A DNA stretch of 64,000 nucleotides, taken from Roseibacillus sp. Its GTDB lineage: Bacteria > Verrucomicrobiota > Verrucomicrobiia > Verrucomicrobiales > Akkermansiaceae. Position numbers and translations under genes: made by a program. The DNA lies in the NCBI GenBank assembly GCA_965242925.1, contig CBDEUM010000031.1, positions 1 to 64,000 on the forward strand, in the 5' to 3' direction. The notes under the pieces were generated by a model, which ran no database searches, had not been told where the DNA came from, and saw only the letters and a program-made list of their open reading frames with translations. Below are positions 1 through 12,304 of this stretch, piece after piece (positions within the stretch are counted from its first letter, which is position 1; each line of letters opens with the position of its first letter).

Positions 1-826
1 GCACCGTATGCCATGCCGTCTCGGCATCGCCCGCGGAGACACGGTAGTCGAAGCTCCGGAACACCGCCTCCGCCTTGTACTCGCAGACGCCGTTAACGAT
101 CGCCAATTTGCGCTCGCGGGGCTTGCCCTGGCCCGTGCGCAAGATGAGCTCGGCACCGTCCGGAACCTCGCCTCCAATCCTGGCAACGAGGCTCAGGCTT
201 ACGCCCTCCTTGACGATCCGATCGCCCTGCTTCAATTCGATCTGCGTACGCGTGGGATACGCAATCGCAAGCCAGGGAGTGAAGATGCGGCCAAAGCCAG
301 CTGCCAGAAACGGTCCATCGACTATGGCGAAACCCCCGATGATCACCACTGGGATGAGGGCGAGCAACAGAAAGCGGCGAAGCCCCTTGTAGGAAACGGC
401 ATCTTCCGGCCGCAACGGTCCAGCGGCTTCCTCGGCCAGGCGGCAGGTCTTCGCACGCAAGGCTTCCGAGGTCCCTGGAACCGACCCGGATTCGCCAAGC
501 TGAATCGCTGTCACCAACAGGCTCTCCAGTCCGCCGTGGTGTTTCTCCACCCGCAAGGCGGTGCGCGACGGGTCGAACCTGCGGAGGTGCCGCCAACCGG
601 ATTGCCATGCCTTGGACAACGCGACGACGATCAGGATCACCAGGATCCCAACGCGCCCTGCAGCGGGCAGATCCACCAACCAGTCGACCGCCATGCCGAT
701 CAAGAACAAGAGCAACGCCCAGCGGCAGAAGGCCAGCAACCCCGCCGCCCGGTTCAGGACCTGATCACGCCGCCAGACCGACCTCAGGCGTGCATCGAGG
801 AGATTTGATTGGTGGTCCTCGGTCAT
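1..826 (-). CDS. DUF4175-like membrane-anchored protein of the MoxR/VWA cluster (runs off window start)
   Basis: Not in ORF track. ATG at 826 overlaps the TGA of the upstream gene (ATGA). Translated by hand: MTEDHQSNLLDARLRSVWRRDQ..LLAFCRWALLLFLIGMAVDWLVDLP..RVEKHHGGLESLLVTAIQL..RIFTPWLAIAYPTRTQI; open to the edge. Confidence 0.75.
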   Translation of the reverse strand, partial: MTEDHQSNLLDARLRSVWRRDQVLNRAAGLLAFCRWALLLFLIGMAVDWLVDLPAAGRVGILVILIVVALSKAWQSGWRHLRRFDPSRTALRVEKHHGGLESLLVTAIQLGESGSVPGTSEALRAKTCRLAEEAAGPLRPEDAVSYKGLRRFLLLALIPVVIIGGFAIVDGPFLAAGFGRIFTPWLAIAYPTRTQIELKQGDRIVKEGVSLSLVARIGGEVPDGAELILRTGQGKPRERKLAIVNGVCEYKAEAVFRSFDYRVSAGDAETAWHTV

Positions 827-3219
827 GGCAGGTCGTATTTCCTTCGCATCATCCACTCGAATCCAAGCAGGACAACCAGCACCACCGCGATCAACCAGTT
901 GTCCCACAAGGGCAGGTCACTGCGGACCGTGGTGGTGTGCGGTTCACGATTGAGCAAGGCTGGCAGCTCCTTGAGTTGCAGAACTCCAAGGGAGGCCCCG
1001 CCGGACAGTTCGGCGATCCGGCGCAGGTGGTCGCTCTGCATGTCGGTGTTGGCCAGCTCGGGCCTGAGATCGGCGACCTGGAACTCGGTCGAGTTGGAGA
1101 GGGGGCGGTCGGTCGAGTTCGCCTCCACGCGGTAGCCACCCGCGCGGGGTGGAGAGAAGTAGCCTTCGTAAAGCCCGGGGTTCGAGGCGTCGGGCCGGAG
1201 GGTGACGCGCTGGGGAGCGTCCCCCGCGGCGTCAGCATACAGAGCACGAACCTCCACCTCGAATCCGGACTGGGTAGCCGGTTCGAAGTCCTCATTGAGC
1301 AGATGCGCATAAAGCATGACCTGTCCACCGACCGGGTAGGTGGCCCGATCTGTCTCAAGGCGGATCCTCTTGTGCTCGCCCATGAGCCGCGACAAGGTGA
1401 GAAACTGCACACACTGGGACCAGACCCGCCAGTGGTACTTGTCACCCGTCTTGAAGCGCAGCAACCAGAGGCGATCGGTCGCCATCATCATGCACTTTCC
1501 GGTCCCGTAGCGTTGCCAGGCCACCAGCGGGTAGCGATCGGCACGGGACTGGGTGTCGGAGAGCTCGGCCAAGACGGTCGCCCCGGGGCGCGGGGCGAGG
1601 AGCGGCGGAACACGGTCGAGCGGAGCGACCCGACTCCACACGAGATCGTTGTCCTCCTGATCATTTTCCAAGGTCATGACCAGGCTACTGCGGCCTTCGG
1701 GTGTGAGCACGGGATAGACGCTCTCATCCACCTCCTCCCAGGCCGCGTCCGGATCGAATCCGACCGGCAGCATGCGTTCCACCGGAGTCCCCGCATAGCT
1801 GGCGGGAGCAAAGCGCGCCCCGCAAAGCATGAGCAAGGACCCGCCGCGCTCCTTGACCAATTCCTCCAGTCGCTGGAAGGCTTCCACCGAGAAGAAGGAC
1901 GAATTGACATCACCGAGGATCACGAGGTCGTAGGAGAAGGCCTCTTCACGATCCTCGGGGAACTCCGCGATGTATTCCGACGATTGCTGCGCCAACTCGG
2001 GCTGGGCACGCGTCGCGATAAAGGTCGCATTGATGCGCGGATCCCGTTTCAGCATGGCGCGCAGGTAACGGAACTCCCAGCGGGCGCTGCCCTCGATGCA
2101 GAGCACGTTGATCTTCTCATTCACGACCCGAACGCTGCGCTCCACCCGGTTGTTGACTGCCGTGGCCTCGTCGGAAAACGGAGTGATCGCAACCTCGATG
2201 AGCGCTGCGCCTTTCTCGGCCACATCAACGTTGAAGAAGATCTCCTCGAACTGTAGTCCACCTGCCAGCGAAACGCTCTGCCGGGCGATCCCGCGGCCGT
2301 TGAGGCTTACCGTCAGGTCGGCGCTGCGTTTTTCGTAACCCTTGGATTGAAGCTGAACGCGGACCGGAACCTTGTCGCCGGTGAAGGCCACATCCTGCAC
2401 GATGACATTGCGGATCGAAACGTCGTCGGGATCGGCGATCCCCACCGGCACGGTGTAGACCGGAATCCCGCGTGTCCCCAGATCACGAACCACCGCCTCG
2501 ACTCGGCTGGACGAGGTGTCCAACCCGTCCGAGAACAACACGATGCCGGACAGGGGCGCCCCGCGTTCCGTTTTGGCGACGGTTTCGAGTGCTCCCGCGA
2601 TCGAGGTTCCCGACTCGTCCGCCCGCAGGGCCGCAAGGGATTCGACTCCGCTATTCTCGCCCACCCCGAGCCGCTGCACGGACTCGCCAAATGCATGATA
2701 ACTGAGATCAAGATCTGCGCCGAGCGACTCGAATACCGGTCGTGCCGACTGCGAGAGCAGGTTGGTCGCCAGATCGAGGCGCGAGGCCGCAGCAACGGCA
2801 TCGCGCTGCTTCCCTACGAGTGACATGGCACGGCGGCGGACCTCCTCCGGGGTCACCGAAAGCGGCAGAATCCCGAGGGCCGCAGCCGCTTCCCCGATAT
2901 CCTCGGAGCGCTTGCGCTGGTCCACAATCGACATGCTCTCCGACACGTCGATCAGGACCGGGAGACGGCGATTCTCGGTCTGGGTCTGCGTAACGGTTGC
3001 GGTCGGCTCGAACACGACGGCCACGATCAGAGCCAGGGCTACCAGGCGGGAAACTGCCAGCACGAGGCGAACCCAGTCCGGCAAGCCCCGCCGGCGGAGG
3101 TAGAGGAGAACGGTCAGCACGATGACAGCGGCAAAGGCTCCCATCATGAGCTCCACCGAAACCGGGCGGGCCCAGAAGAGCCGCTCAATCTGTCCCTCAT
3201 TCAAAATCCAGGCGATCAT
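823..3219 (-). CDS. VWA + class I glutamine amidotransferase-like domain membrane protein
   Basis: 798-aa ORF; LIDVSESM (MIDAS-like), VLFSDG, WEFRYLRAMLKRD, GGSLLMLCG; N- and C-terminal TM helices ending EWMMRRKYDL. Confidence 0.85.
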   Translation of the reverse strand: MIAWILNEGQIERLFWARPVSVELMMGAFAAVIVLTVLLYLRRRGLPDWVRLVLAVSRLVALALIVAVVFEPTATVTQTQTENRRLPVLIDVSESMSIVDQRKRSEDIGEAAAALGILPLSVTPEEVRRRAMSLVGKQRDAVAAASRLDLATNLLSQSARPVFESLGADLDLSYHAFGESVQRLGVGENSGVESLAALRADESGTSIAGALETVAKTERGAPLSGIVLFSDGLDTSSSRVEAVVRDLGTRGIPVYTVPVGIADPDDVSIRNVIVQDVAFTGDKVPVRVQLQSKGYEKRSADLTVSLNGRGIARQSVSLAGGLQFEEIFFNVDVAEKGAALIEVAITPFSDEATAVNNRVERSVRVVNEKINVLCIEGSARWEFRYLRAMLKRDPRINATFIATRAQPELAQQSSEYIAEFPEDREEAFSYDLVILGDVNSSFFSVEAFQRLEELVKERGGSLLMLCGARFAPASYAGTPVERMLPVGFDPDAAWEEVDESVYPVLTPEGRSSLVMTLENDQEDNDLVWSRVAPLDRVPPLLAPRPGATVLAELSDTQSRADRYPLVAWQRYGTGKCMMMATDRLWLLRFKTGDKYHWRVWSQCVQFLTLSRLMGEHKRIRLETDRATYPVGGQVMLYAHLLNEDFEPATQSGFEVEVRALYADAAGDAPQRVTLRPDASNPGLYEGYFSPPRAGGYRVEANSTDRPLSNSTEFQVADLRPELANTDMQSDHLRRIAELSGGASLGVLQLKELPALLNREPHTTTVRSDLPLWDNWLIAVVLVVLLGFEWMMRRKYDLP

Positions 3220-5394
3220 CTAGGTGGTTCCGGTTTGCGCCGTGGTGGGCGAGGATTGCCTGGCCCGGCCGCCCGGCCGCTTGTGCATGAGATTCGCCAG
3301 GAGGCTTTCGATGACCAGCAGCCCCAGGCCCGCCAGCAGGAAACTGAGCCAGAGCGACCGCCCGGTGCGTGACTCGTTCACCGCATCGAGCAGGTCCGCT
3401 TCCGACTGCGCCACTGCGATGCCCGTTCCTTCGAAACTGCGCGTGGTCTCGGCCGCGGACAGGCAGGCGACCTCCGACTCCGCAAAATCGACATTGACCG
3501 CGATGGGCACGCCAGGCGCTTGCAGGCTGACGCGCGCAAGATAGAAGCCGGCTTCGCGAGCGTGCTCTAACAGAGCCACGTATTGGTTGCGATGCTCGCG
3601 CACGGGCACAGCGATAATCTCCTTCGACGGGGCGTCGAACACGGCCTCGCTCGCATCCGGCTGATCAACATAGGACAGCGACAGGGAATCACCCACCTGC
3701 CGCGGCCTCTCGAATTCGCGGGCGGTAAGGTAAGTCACCATCTGTTGGAGGACCATGGGAAAGACCGGCGTAACCGCCATGTTGTTCCACGCCGAATCCG
3801 CGGAGGTCGTGAACATGAAAACCTGCCCACGCCCGACCGAATGTTCCAACAGCACCGGCGTTGAGGTCCCGGCGAGGGACAGGACTGTGGAACTGGTGGC
3901 GGCAGGCTTGACCTGCAACACCTTGCGGAACCGGGTTTCGCTCAACAAATCCTCCGGTAACGAACGGAGCGGCCGGCACACGGAATGGTCGGGCATGGTT
4001 GGATCCAGCGGTCTGCCCACTCCCAGCGCGTCGCTCGTGCTCACCGGCTGTTCGATCGCGGCCGGGAGCAACGGAATCCCATCCCGCGCCGAACGTTTGT
4101 TCCAGGCAGCGGCGTCGACCTTGTCACCGGCAAACCAGATCAAACCGTTACCGGCGCGAACGTAGGCTTCGAATACCCGGGCCTGCTCGGGCGTAATGTC
4201 GGGGACGTTCTGCAGCACTACGACATCGAAGCGCGCCAGGTCCTGGGAGGGCAGATCGATCCATGACACGGATCTTACCGCGAAGTTCTCCTGACCCGCA
4301 TCGCTCCCACGCGCCCGGAGCGCCGCGGCGAGGAAGTCCCCTCCTCCCCCTGGCGATCCCTCCACGCTCAGCACGGAAACTTCATCCCGGATAACTGCCA
4401 CCGTCCGGCGGGTGTTGTCCACCGGCAGCGAATCCGACTCCAACCCCGCGCTGATCCGGACCGGCCCGGCATTGCGAAAATGGATAAAAAGCGAGACCGT
4501 CTTCGAGGACCCCGGCGCAATCGCGGGAATCGTCTTGGTATCAACCGTGATGTCATTGACGAGGCCCTTGACCCGCACATTTGCAACGGGGCTCGTTCCG
4601 TAGTTTCGCACCGTCGCACGATAGCGTGCGATCGTGTCCTTGCGAAGCACCCCGGACACCAGTTCCAGGTTCGTGATCGCCAGGTTGTCGGCGCCGCCGC
4701 CCACTGGAATGATGGTCGTCGGCGCGCGCTCGCCCAGATCTTCGAAGGCCTCCCCCAACCACGCCGGCCGGTCCTTCCAGTCCCGGGCCTGCATGTCGGT
4801 CACGAGGTAAACTTCCTTCTGCGGAGCATCCATCACCTCGACCAGCGCTTCCAGGGTGAGCGGAACAGTGTCGAGATCGAGGGGTTCCGGAGTTGCCTGC
4901 TGGGACCGAAGCAACTCGTCGAAGCGGGCGGGCTCGAAGGCCATGTTCCGCGCGACCACCCGGTGTTCGGCACCGAGAAGCACCAGGCTGACCGGATCTC
5001 CCGGATGGAGTCCCTCCGCAATCATGCCGATCTTCTCGATTCCTCGTTCGAAGCGCGTGGAAGCGCCGTCGCTATGCTCCATGCTGTAAGAAGCGTCGAG
5101 GGCGATGATCACACCCGCGCGACGCTCGCTAACCTTCGAGGGCACGGACTCCCCTTCCTCGGTGAACGGCTTCGCGAAGGCGAGAGCCAACAACACGATC
5201 GCGAGACAACGAAGACACAACAGGACAATGTCACGCAGGCGAATCTGCCGCGAGCGGACCCGCACGCTCCGGTTCAGGAACTGCATCGCCGCCCAGTCAG
5301 TACGTTTCACTTTGTAGCGACTGAGCAAGTGGGCCAGGATAGGCAGCCCGACCCCGAGCGCGGCAAACAGGAGCAGCGGATTGAGAAAACTCAT
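3220..5394 (-). CDS. BatA-domain (N-terminal double TM) + VWA + Ig-like protein
   Basis: MSFLNPLLL..LPILAHLL..WAAMQFL BatA motif; ALDASYSM and LVTDMQ VWA motifs; C-terminal TM. Confidence 0.85.
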   Translation of the reverse strand: MSFLNPLLLFAALGVGLPILAHLLSRYKVKRTDWAAMQFLNRSVRVRSRQIRLRDIVLLCLRCLAIVLLALAFAKPFTEEGESVPSKVSERRAGVIIALDASYSMEHSDGASTRFERGIEKIGMIAEGLHPGDPVSLVLLGAEHRVVARNMAFEPARFDELLRSQQATPEPLDLDTVPLTLEALVEVMDAPQKEVYLVTDMQARDWKDRPAWLGEAFEDLGERAPTTIIPVGGGADNLAITNLELVSGVLRKDTIARYRATVRNYGTSPVANVRVKGLVNDITVDTKTIPAIAPGSSKTVSLFIHFRNAGPVRISAGLESDSLPVDNTRRTVAVIRDEVSVLSVEGSPGGGGDFLAAALRARGSDAGQENFAVRSVSWIDLPSQDLARFDVVVLQNVPDITPEQARVFEAYVRAGNGLIWFAGDKVDAAAWNKRSARDGIPLLPAAIEQPVSTSDALGVGRPLDPTMPDHSVCRPLRSLPEDLLSETRFRKVLQVKPAATSSTVLSLAGTSTPVLLEHSVGRGQVFMFTTSADSAWNNMAVTPVFPMVLQQMVTYLTAREFERPRQVGDSLSLSYVDQPDASEAVFDAPSKEIIAVPVREHRNQYVALLEHAREAGFYLARVSLQAPGVPIAVNVDFAESEVACLSAAETTRSFEGTGIAVAQSEADLLDAVNESRTGRSLWLSFLLAGLGLLVIESLLANLMHKRPGGRARQSSPTTAQTGTT

Positions 5395-6318
5395 GGCCGG
5401 GCAGTGGATGGACCGGGCTGCGTCGATTGGCGCAGGTGGAAAAACTCGCTTAGCAGCACATCAAGCGGCTGAGAGGTGTCGACCGTGGTGTAGTCGACAT
5501 GGCTCGCCACGCATCCCGTTTTCAGCTCCTCCATATACTTGCCGAAACTGGCAAGGTAGTCGTCGCGGATCCGCTCCGGTTGGGTGGTCAACGGCTCCTC
5601 CCCTTCCAGTCCATCGAAGAGCCAGGTCCCCTTGAAGGGAAACTCGAGCTCGTAGGGGTCGAGGGTGTGCAGCACCACCACATTGTGCCCGTCATGCCTG
5701 AGATGGTCTAACCCGGCCCGGATGTCATCGACATCGGAAAACAGATCCGAGATCAGGATCACGAACGAGCGCCGCTTCATCATGAGCGCGATGTCGTGCA
5801 GCTGGTTGGCGATACTGGTCTTCGGAGTCGGTTTGATATCGCGCAAAAGCTGATCGATCTGCAGGATCACTCCCATCGCCGAACGCGGCGGCAAGTATTC
5901 ACGCACCTCCGAATCGAAGACCGACAGTCCCACCGAGTCGCGCTGCTTGAGCACGACATACGCCAGCGAGGCCGCGAGGAATTTGGCGTACTCCAGCTTG
6001 CTGACCTTTCCCCGAGGCGTAGTTCATCGAGGCGCTGGCATCGATCAGGATGGTGCAATCGAAGTTCGTCTCCGCTTCGTAGAGCTTGGTGTAATAACGG
6101 TCGGTCCGACCGAAAACCCGCCAGTCGAGATCCCGCAGGGCGTCGCCGGGAGAATACTGCCGGTGATGCGCGAACTCGGTACTGAACCCGCGCAGTGAAC
6201 TACGATGAGTTCCCACCCGCAATCCTTCCACCACCTCGCGAGCGACCAACTCAAGATCGCCCAGTTTCTGCAACACCTCGGGATCGAGGTAGTTCGTCTC
6301 TGGCAGATGCTCGGACAT
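5391..6318 (-). CDS. DUF58 protein (one frameshift near 6010)
   Basis: ORF 5899..6318 (GFSTEFAHHRQYSPGD..LDWRV) and ORF 5391..5954 (KQRDSVGL..ILISDL) join if one base of the GGGGAAAGG run is removed, giving GKVSKLEYAK. Confidence 0.85.
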
Positions 6319-6327
6319 CGATGCAGG

Positions 6328-7354
6328 CTAACCGGCTCTCCTGGCGAGCAGCTTCTCGTCGGAGGGAATCTCCTCCACGAGCTTTCCGATCAGCGAGTCG
6401 GAGGTCATCCCTTCCGAGCGCGCGGCAAAGTTGGGGATGATGCGGTGCCGCAATACCGGCAGGCACAATTCCCTGATATCTTCGATCGATACGTGGCATC
6501 GCCCACGAAGAGCTGCTCGCGCCTTGCCGGCTAGAACCAGATTCAGGGAAGCACGCGGACCCGCTCCCCAGGCCAGGAGCTTCTTGATCGACTCCGGTGC
6601 ATCCGGCTCCTCCGGCCGGGTCGCCCGCGCCAGCGTCACCGCGTAGTTGAATACATGCTCAGAAACAGGAATGCGTCGTACCAACCGCTGAAATTCGATG
6701 ATCTCCGACGCCTCGATAACTTTTTGGGGATCCGTTTCCTCGTCTCCCGGTGACATTCCGCACGATGTCGAGCTCCTCGGAATAACTCGGATATTTCACC
6801 AGGATATTGAAGAGGAAGCGATCGAGCTGCGCTTCCGGCAATGGATAGGTTCCCTCCTGCTCGATTGGATTCTGCGTCGCCAGGACGAAGAACGGTTCAT
6901 CGAGCTTGTGATCCATGCCTCCCGAGGAAACTCGCTTCTCCTGCATTGCTTCCAAGAGGGCTGCCTGGGTCTTGGGGGGCGTCCGGTTGATTTCGTCGGC
7001 AAGCAGCAGGTTCGTAAACACCGGGCCCTTCTGGAACTTGAAGTGTCTCTGATGGGTCTCCGGGTCCTCCTGCAACAACTCCGTTCCCGTAATGTCGGAC
7101 GGCATCAGGTCCGGCGTGAACTGGATCCGTTTGAACGAGAGCGACATGGCCTCAGCCAGCGAACTCACCAGGAGGGTCTTCGCCAGTCCGGGCACCCCCA
7201 CCAGCAGGCAGTGGCCACGGGCAAAAATCGAAATCATCATCTCGTCGATGACCTCGTCCATGCCGACGATCGTCTTCCGAAGCTCAGCGACAATCGCATC
7301 CCTCGCCTTGCCCAGTTTCTCGATAGCTTCAATGTCTTCGGATTCTTTTGTCAT
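6328..7354 (-). CDS. moxR: MoxR-family AAA+ ATPase (one frameshift near 6750)
   Basis: GVPGLAKT Walker [45 protein letters not shown]-terminal GAGPRAS..VLRHRI continues in ORF 6328..6756. Confidence 0.9.
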
Positions 7355-7464
7355 GGTGAAATTGGGGGGAATCGCGGGTTTGTTCCTGCTTCTTAACCGA
7401 ATAAACCAACCCAACCTATCGCAATTTTTCTCGCCAACCTGTCACTAAAAGAGCAGGTTTTCCC

Positions 7465-8540
7465 ATGGCGTCATCCGACTTTTCGTCGATCACGGAGCAA
7501 GTCACCAGCCACCTGCGCCAGGAACTGGCCAAGGGCCGATGGCTCACGACCGTGCCCGGGCAGCAACAACCTGGCTGCCGAGTTGGGAGTCAGTCACAAA
7601 ACGGTGGAATCCGCCCTGCGGAATCTCGAAGCGGAAGGACTCCTCATCGGACAGGGAGCAGGATGCCGTCGTCTCATCACGCCCTCCACAAAACTGGCCT
7701 CCGCCCGGCCCATGAGAGTTGCCCTTCTTCTCTCAGAGGCAGTTGACCGGAATACCAATTACATGGTCCAGCTCGACCGCGAACTAAGCGAGGCGGGACA
7801 CACGGTGGTTCATCCCGCTCGATCCTTGCTAGCCCTCGGCATGGATGTCAGCCGAATCGCTCCATTGGTCGAGTCAACCGAAGCCGATGTATGGGTGATC
7901 GGTGCCGCCTCGCAATCGGTCCTCCAGTGGTTCGCGGCGAACCCGACCCCGGCCTTCGCCCTCTTCGGGCGCCGGGAAGGATTGCCCATCGCCGGCGCCG
8001 GACCGGACAAGGTGTCCTGCGATCATTATGGCAACGCGCAAATTAATCGGCCTCGGCCATCACCGCATCACCCTGCTGACCCGTCCGAGACGTCGACTTC
8101 CTGAACCGGGCACTACCGAACAGGCTTTCCTCGCCGAGCTCAAAGAACAGGGGCTCTCTGCAGGTAATTTCAATCTCCCGGAATGGGACGATTGCAAGGA
8201 AGGCCTGCAAGATTGCCTGTCCTCACTGTTCCAAGTCACCCCCCCGACGGCCCTCATATGCAGCGAGTCTGTCATCTTCAATGCGGTCCTGCAGTTTGCT
8301 GCCGCCAGGGGACTCCGTGTGCCGGGCGACCTCTCCATCATATGCACTGACGGCGATCCGACTTTCGCCTGGTCCGAACCGTCCGTAGCCCACATTCGCT
8401 GGGAGCCCCAACCCGTCGTCCGCCGCATCGTCGCCTGGGCGGCCAACATCAGTCGCGGCAAAACCGACCGCCGCCAATCGCTCACCAAGGCCGAATTCAT
8501 CGAGGGCGGAACAATGGGGCCGGCTCCAGGGAGGACATAA
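7465..8540 (+). CDS. GntR-type HTH + LacI-like substrate-binding-domain transcriptional regulator (two frameshifts, ~7560 and ~8015)
   Basis: Three overlapping ORFs: SITEQVTSHLRQEL / LAAELGVSHKTVESAL / LIGLGHHRI..PTALIC..GLRVPGDLSII. Confidence 0.8.
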
Positions 8541-8611
8541 TGACTCGGCTCCAACTTGATCCCGCTCGTTGCCCGCGGGGCGCGATGGAAGCTCCGCCCT
8601 TCCTCCAATCT

Positions 8612-8674
8612 ACCGGTGCAACACCGGTGCAATAGAACTGGCAATCAGGCGCATTTTGCTGCATTTTGGCTGCA
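8612..8674. repeat. Paired short direct repeats beyond tRNA-fMet 3' end (integrase arm-site-like)
   Basis: ACCGGTGCAA at 8612-8621 and 8623-8632; GCATTTTG(G)CTGCA at 8651-8663 and 8661-8674. Confidence 0.55.
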
Positions 8675-8701
8675 GTTCGGATCCTTCACCCCTTAAACGG
8701 A

Positions 8702-8735
8702 GAAGGCCCCGAAGTCGTTGAACTTCAGGGCCTTC
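8702..8735 (-). terminator. Stem-loop immediately downstream of tRNA-fMet
   Basis: GAAGGCCCCGAAGT-CGTTGA-ACTTCAGGGCCTTC inverted repeat. Confidence 0.6.
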
Positions 8736-8737
8736 GT

Positions 8738-8814
<77 letters not shown>

Positions 8815-8993
8815 ATTTTGTGTTCCGCCCTGACGGGCAGGCTTGGAAGCTAGGGGCAGAGAGAGGACCCTGCAAGGGAAAATCTCCGGTCTCCTCACCG
8901 CCCTGGACACCCCGCACCCGGGCCTGCATCAATCGAACCACCCCGGGGCTTGCGCCCTCGCGCTGGATTGCGACTCTGGACGATCTACAATCC

Positions 8994-10205
8994 ATGAAAA
9001 CGATCGCGCCCCTTCTCGTTCCCGGCCTGGCCCTCGGCTTCCTGCAAATCTCGAACGCGCAGGACGACCCCCGGGCGGCCATTGCCGCAGACAACCCGCA
9101 CCTGCATGTCCGAAGCGGACTCCCTCACCTGAAACAGCAACTGGAGGTGAAGCGCACGTGTCATGTCGCCTTTCTGGGAGGATCGATCACCCAGAACACC
9201 GGCGGGCACACCGCGATGGTCCCCGCCTGGCTGAAACAGAAGTTTCCCGGGGTGGAGGTGACGGTCACCAATGCCGGACTGGGATCAACCTGTTCCACCA
9301 GCGGAGCCTTCCGGCTCGAGCCCCACATCTTCGGCAAGGGGGAGGTCGATCTCCTCGTGGTCGAGTTCGCGGTGAATGATGACCAGGATGCCGGACACAC
9401 CCGGCGCGAGTGTGTCCGGGGCATGGAGGGAATCATCCGCCAGGTGCAACGCAAGCACCCGAAGTGCGGGATCGTGATGGTCCAATACGTCAATCCCGGG
9501 ATGCTGGCTAAGCTGACCAAGGGTGAAGTGCCGGTGGCCATCGCAGCCCACGAGGACGTGGCTATCCGGCACGGGGTCATTTCGGTCAACGTGGCCGCGG
9601 AGGTCGCCGCTGCCACCAGGGGTGGACGCTACCAATGGAAGGATTACGGGGGAACCCATCCCGGCAGGTTCGGCTACCGGGTGGCCTCCAACATGATCAT
9701 CGCGGCCCTCGAGGCCGGACTGGCCAAGGGCCAGGACGCATCCCAGGCCAAGCCGGTCGACCTGCTGGATGCCGGGAGCTATGACCAGGGCCACTTTCTG
9801 GCCCCGGAGGAGGCGAAGTTCTCCGCTGGCTGGCGGGTGGGCAGGGTTGGCCGGGAGCTTCTCCCGCTCGGCGGGATTCGGCCCCAGTACGCCTCCTACC
9901 AACTGCTCCGGGGGGACCAGCCCGGGACCAGCCTGAGCCTTGAGTTCACCGGCCGTACGGTCGGGGCCTTCGTCCTCGCCGGGCCCGATGCCGGTATCCT
10001 CGAGGCCCGCATCGATGGTGGACCGGTCACCCGGCACGACCTCTATCATCGCTACAGCCGCGGCTTGAACTATCCGCGCAGCGTAATCTTCGGCACGGAT
10101 CTGAAACCCGGGAAACACGTCCTGAAACTGCAGCTGGCGGAGGAGAAGAACCCGGGAAGCAGGGGAACGACGGCCTCCATCCTGTTTTTCGAGGTCAATC
10201 GCTGA
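8994..10205 (+). CDS. Secreted SGNH/GDSL hydrolase
   Basis: Signal peptide from MKTIAP; VAFLGGSIT, NAGLGS, VEFAVND, GGTHP blocks. Confidence 0.85.
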   Translation: MKTIAPLLVPGLALGFLQISNAQDDPRAAIAADNPHLHVRSGLPHLKQQLEVKRTCHVAFLGGSITQNTGGHTAMVPAWLKQKFPGVEVTVTNAGLGSTCSTSGAFRLEPHIFGKGEVDLLVVEFAVNDDQDAGHTRRECVRGMEGIIRQVQRKHPKCGIVMVQYVNPGMLAKLTKGEVPVAIAAHEDVAIRHGVISVNVAAEVAAATRGGRYQWKDYGGTHPGRFGYRVASNMIIAALEAGLAKGQDASQAKPVDLLDAGSYDQGHFLAPEEAKFSAGWRVGRVGRELLPLGGIRPQYASYQLLRGDQPGTSLSLEFTGRTVGAFVLAGPDAGILEARIDGGPVTRHDLYHRYSRGLNYPRSVIFGTDLKPGKHVLKLQLAEEKNPGSRGTTASILFFEVNR

Positions 10206-10328
10206 AGGTTCTCCCTCCGCCGGGAGAGTCGCCCGATCATATGGTGGGACAGGTGACAGAAACCTGCAGATGGACCGGGGCAAGTTTTCACGTTGCTGAT
10301 CCACCACTGGCCAAGCTATTTCTTCATC

Positions 10329-12286
<1,958 letters not shown>

Positions 12287-12304
12287 GAACTCCCGGATTG
12301 CCTC

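Noticed and set aside
8..2256. Long + strand ORFs 8..808 and 607..2256
   Set aside because: Antisense shadows of real minus-strand genes in high-GC DNA; no recognisable motifs.
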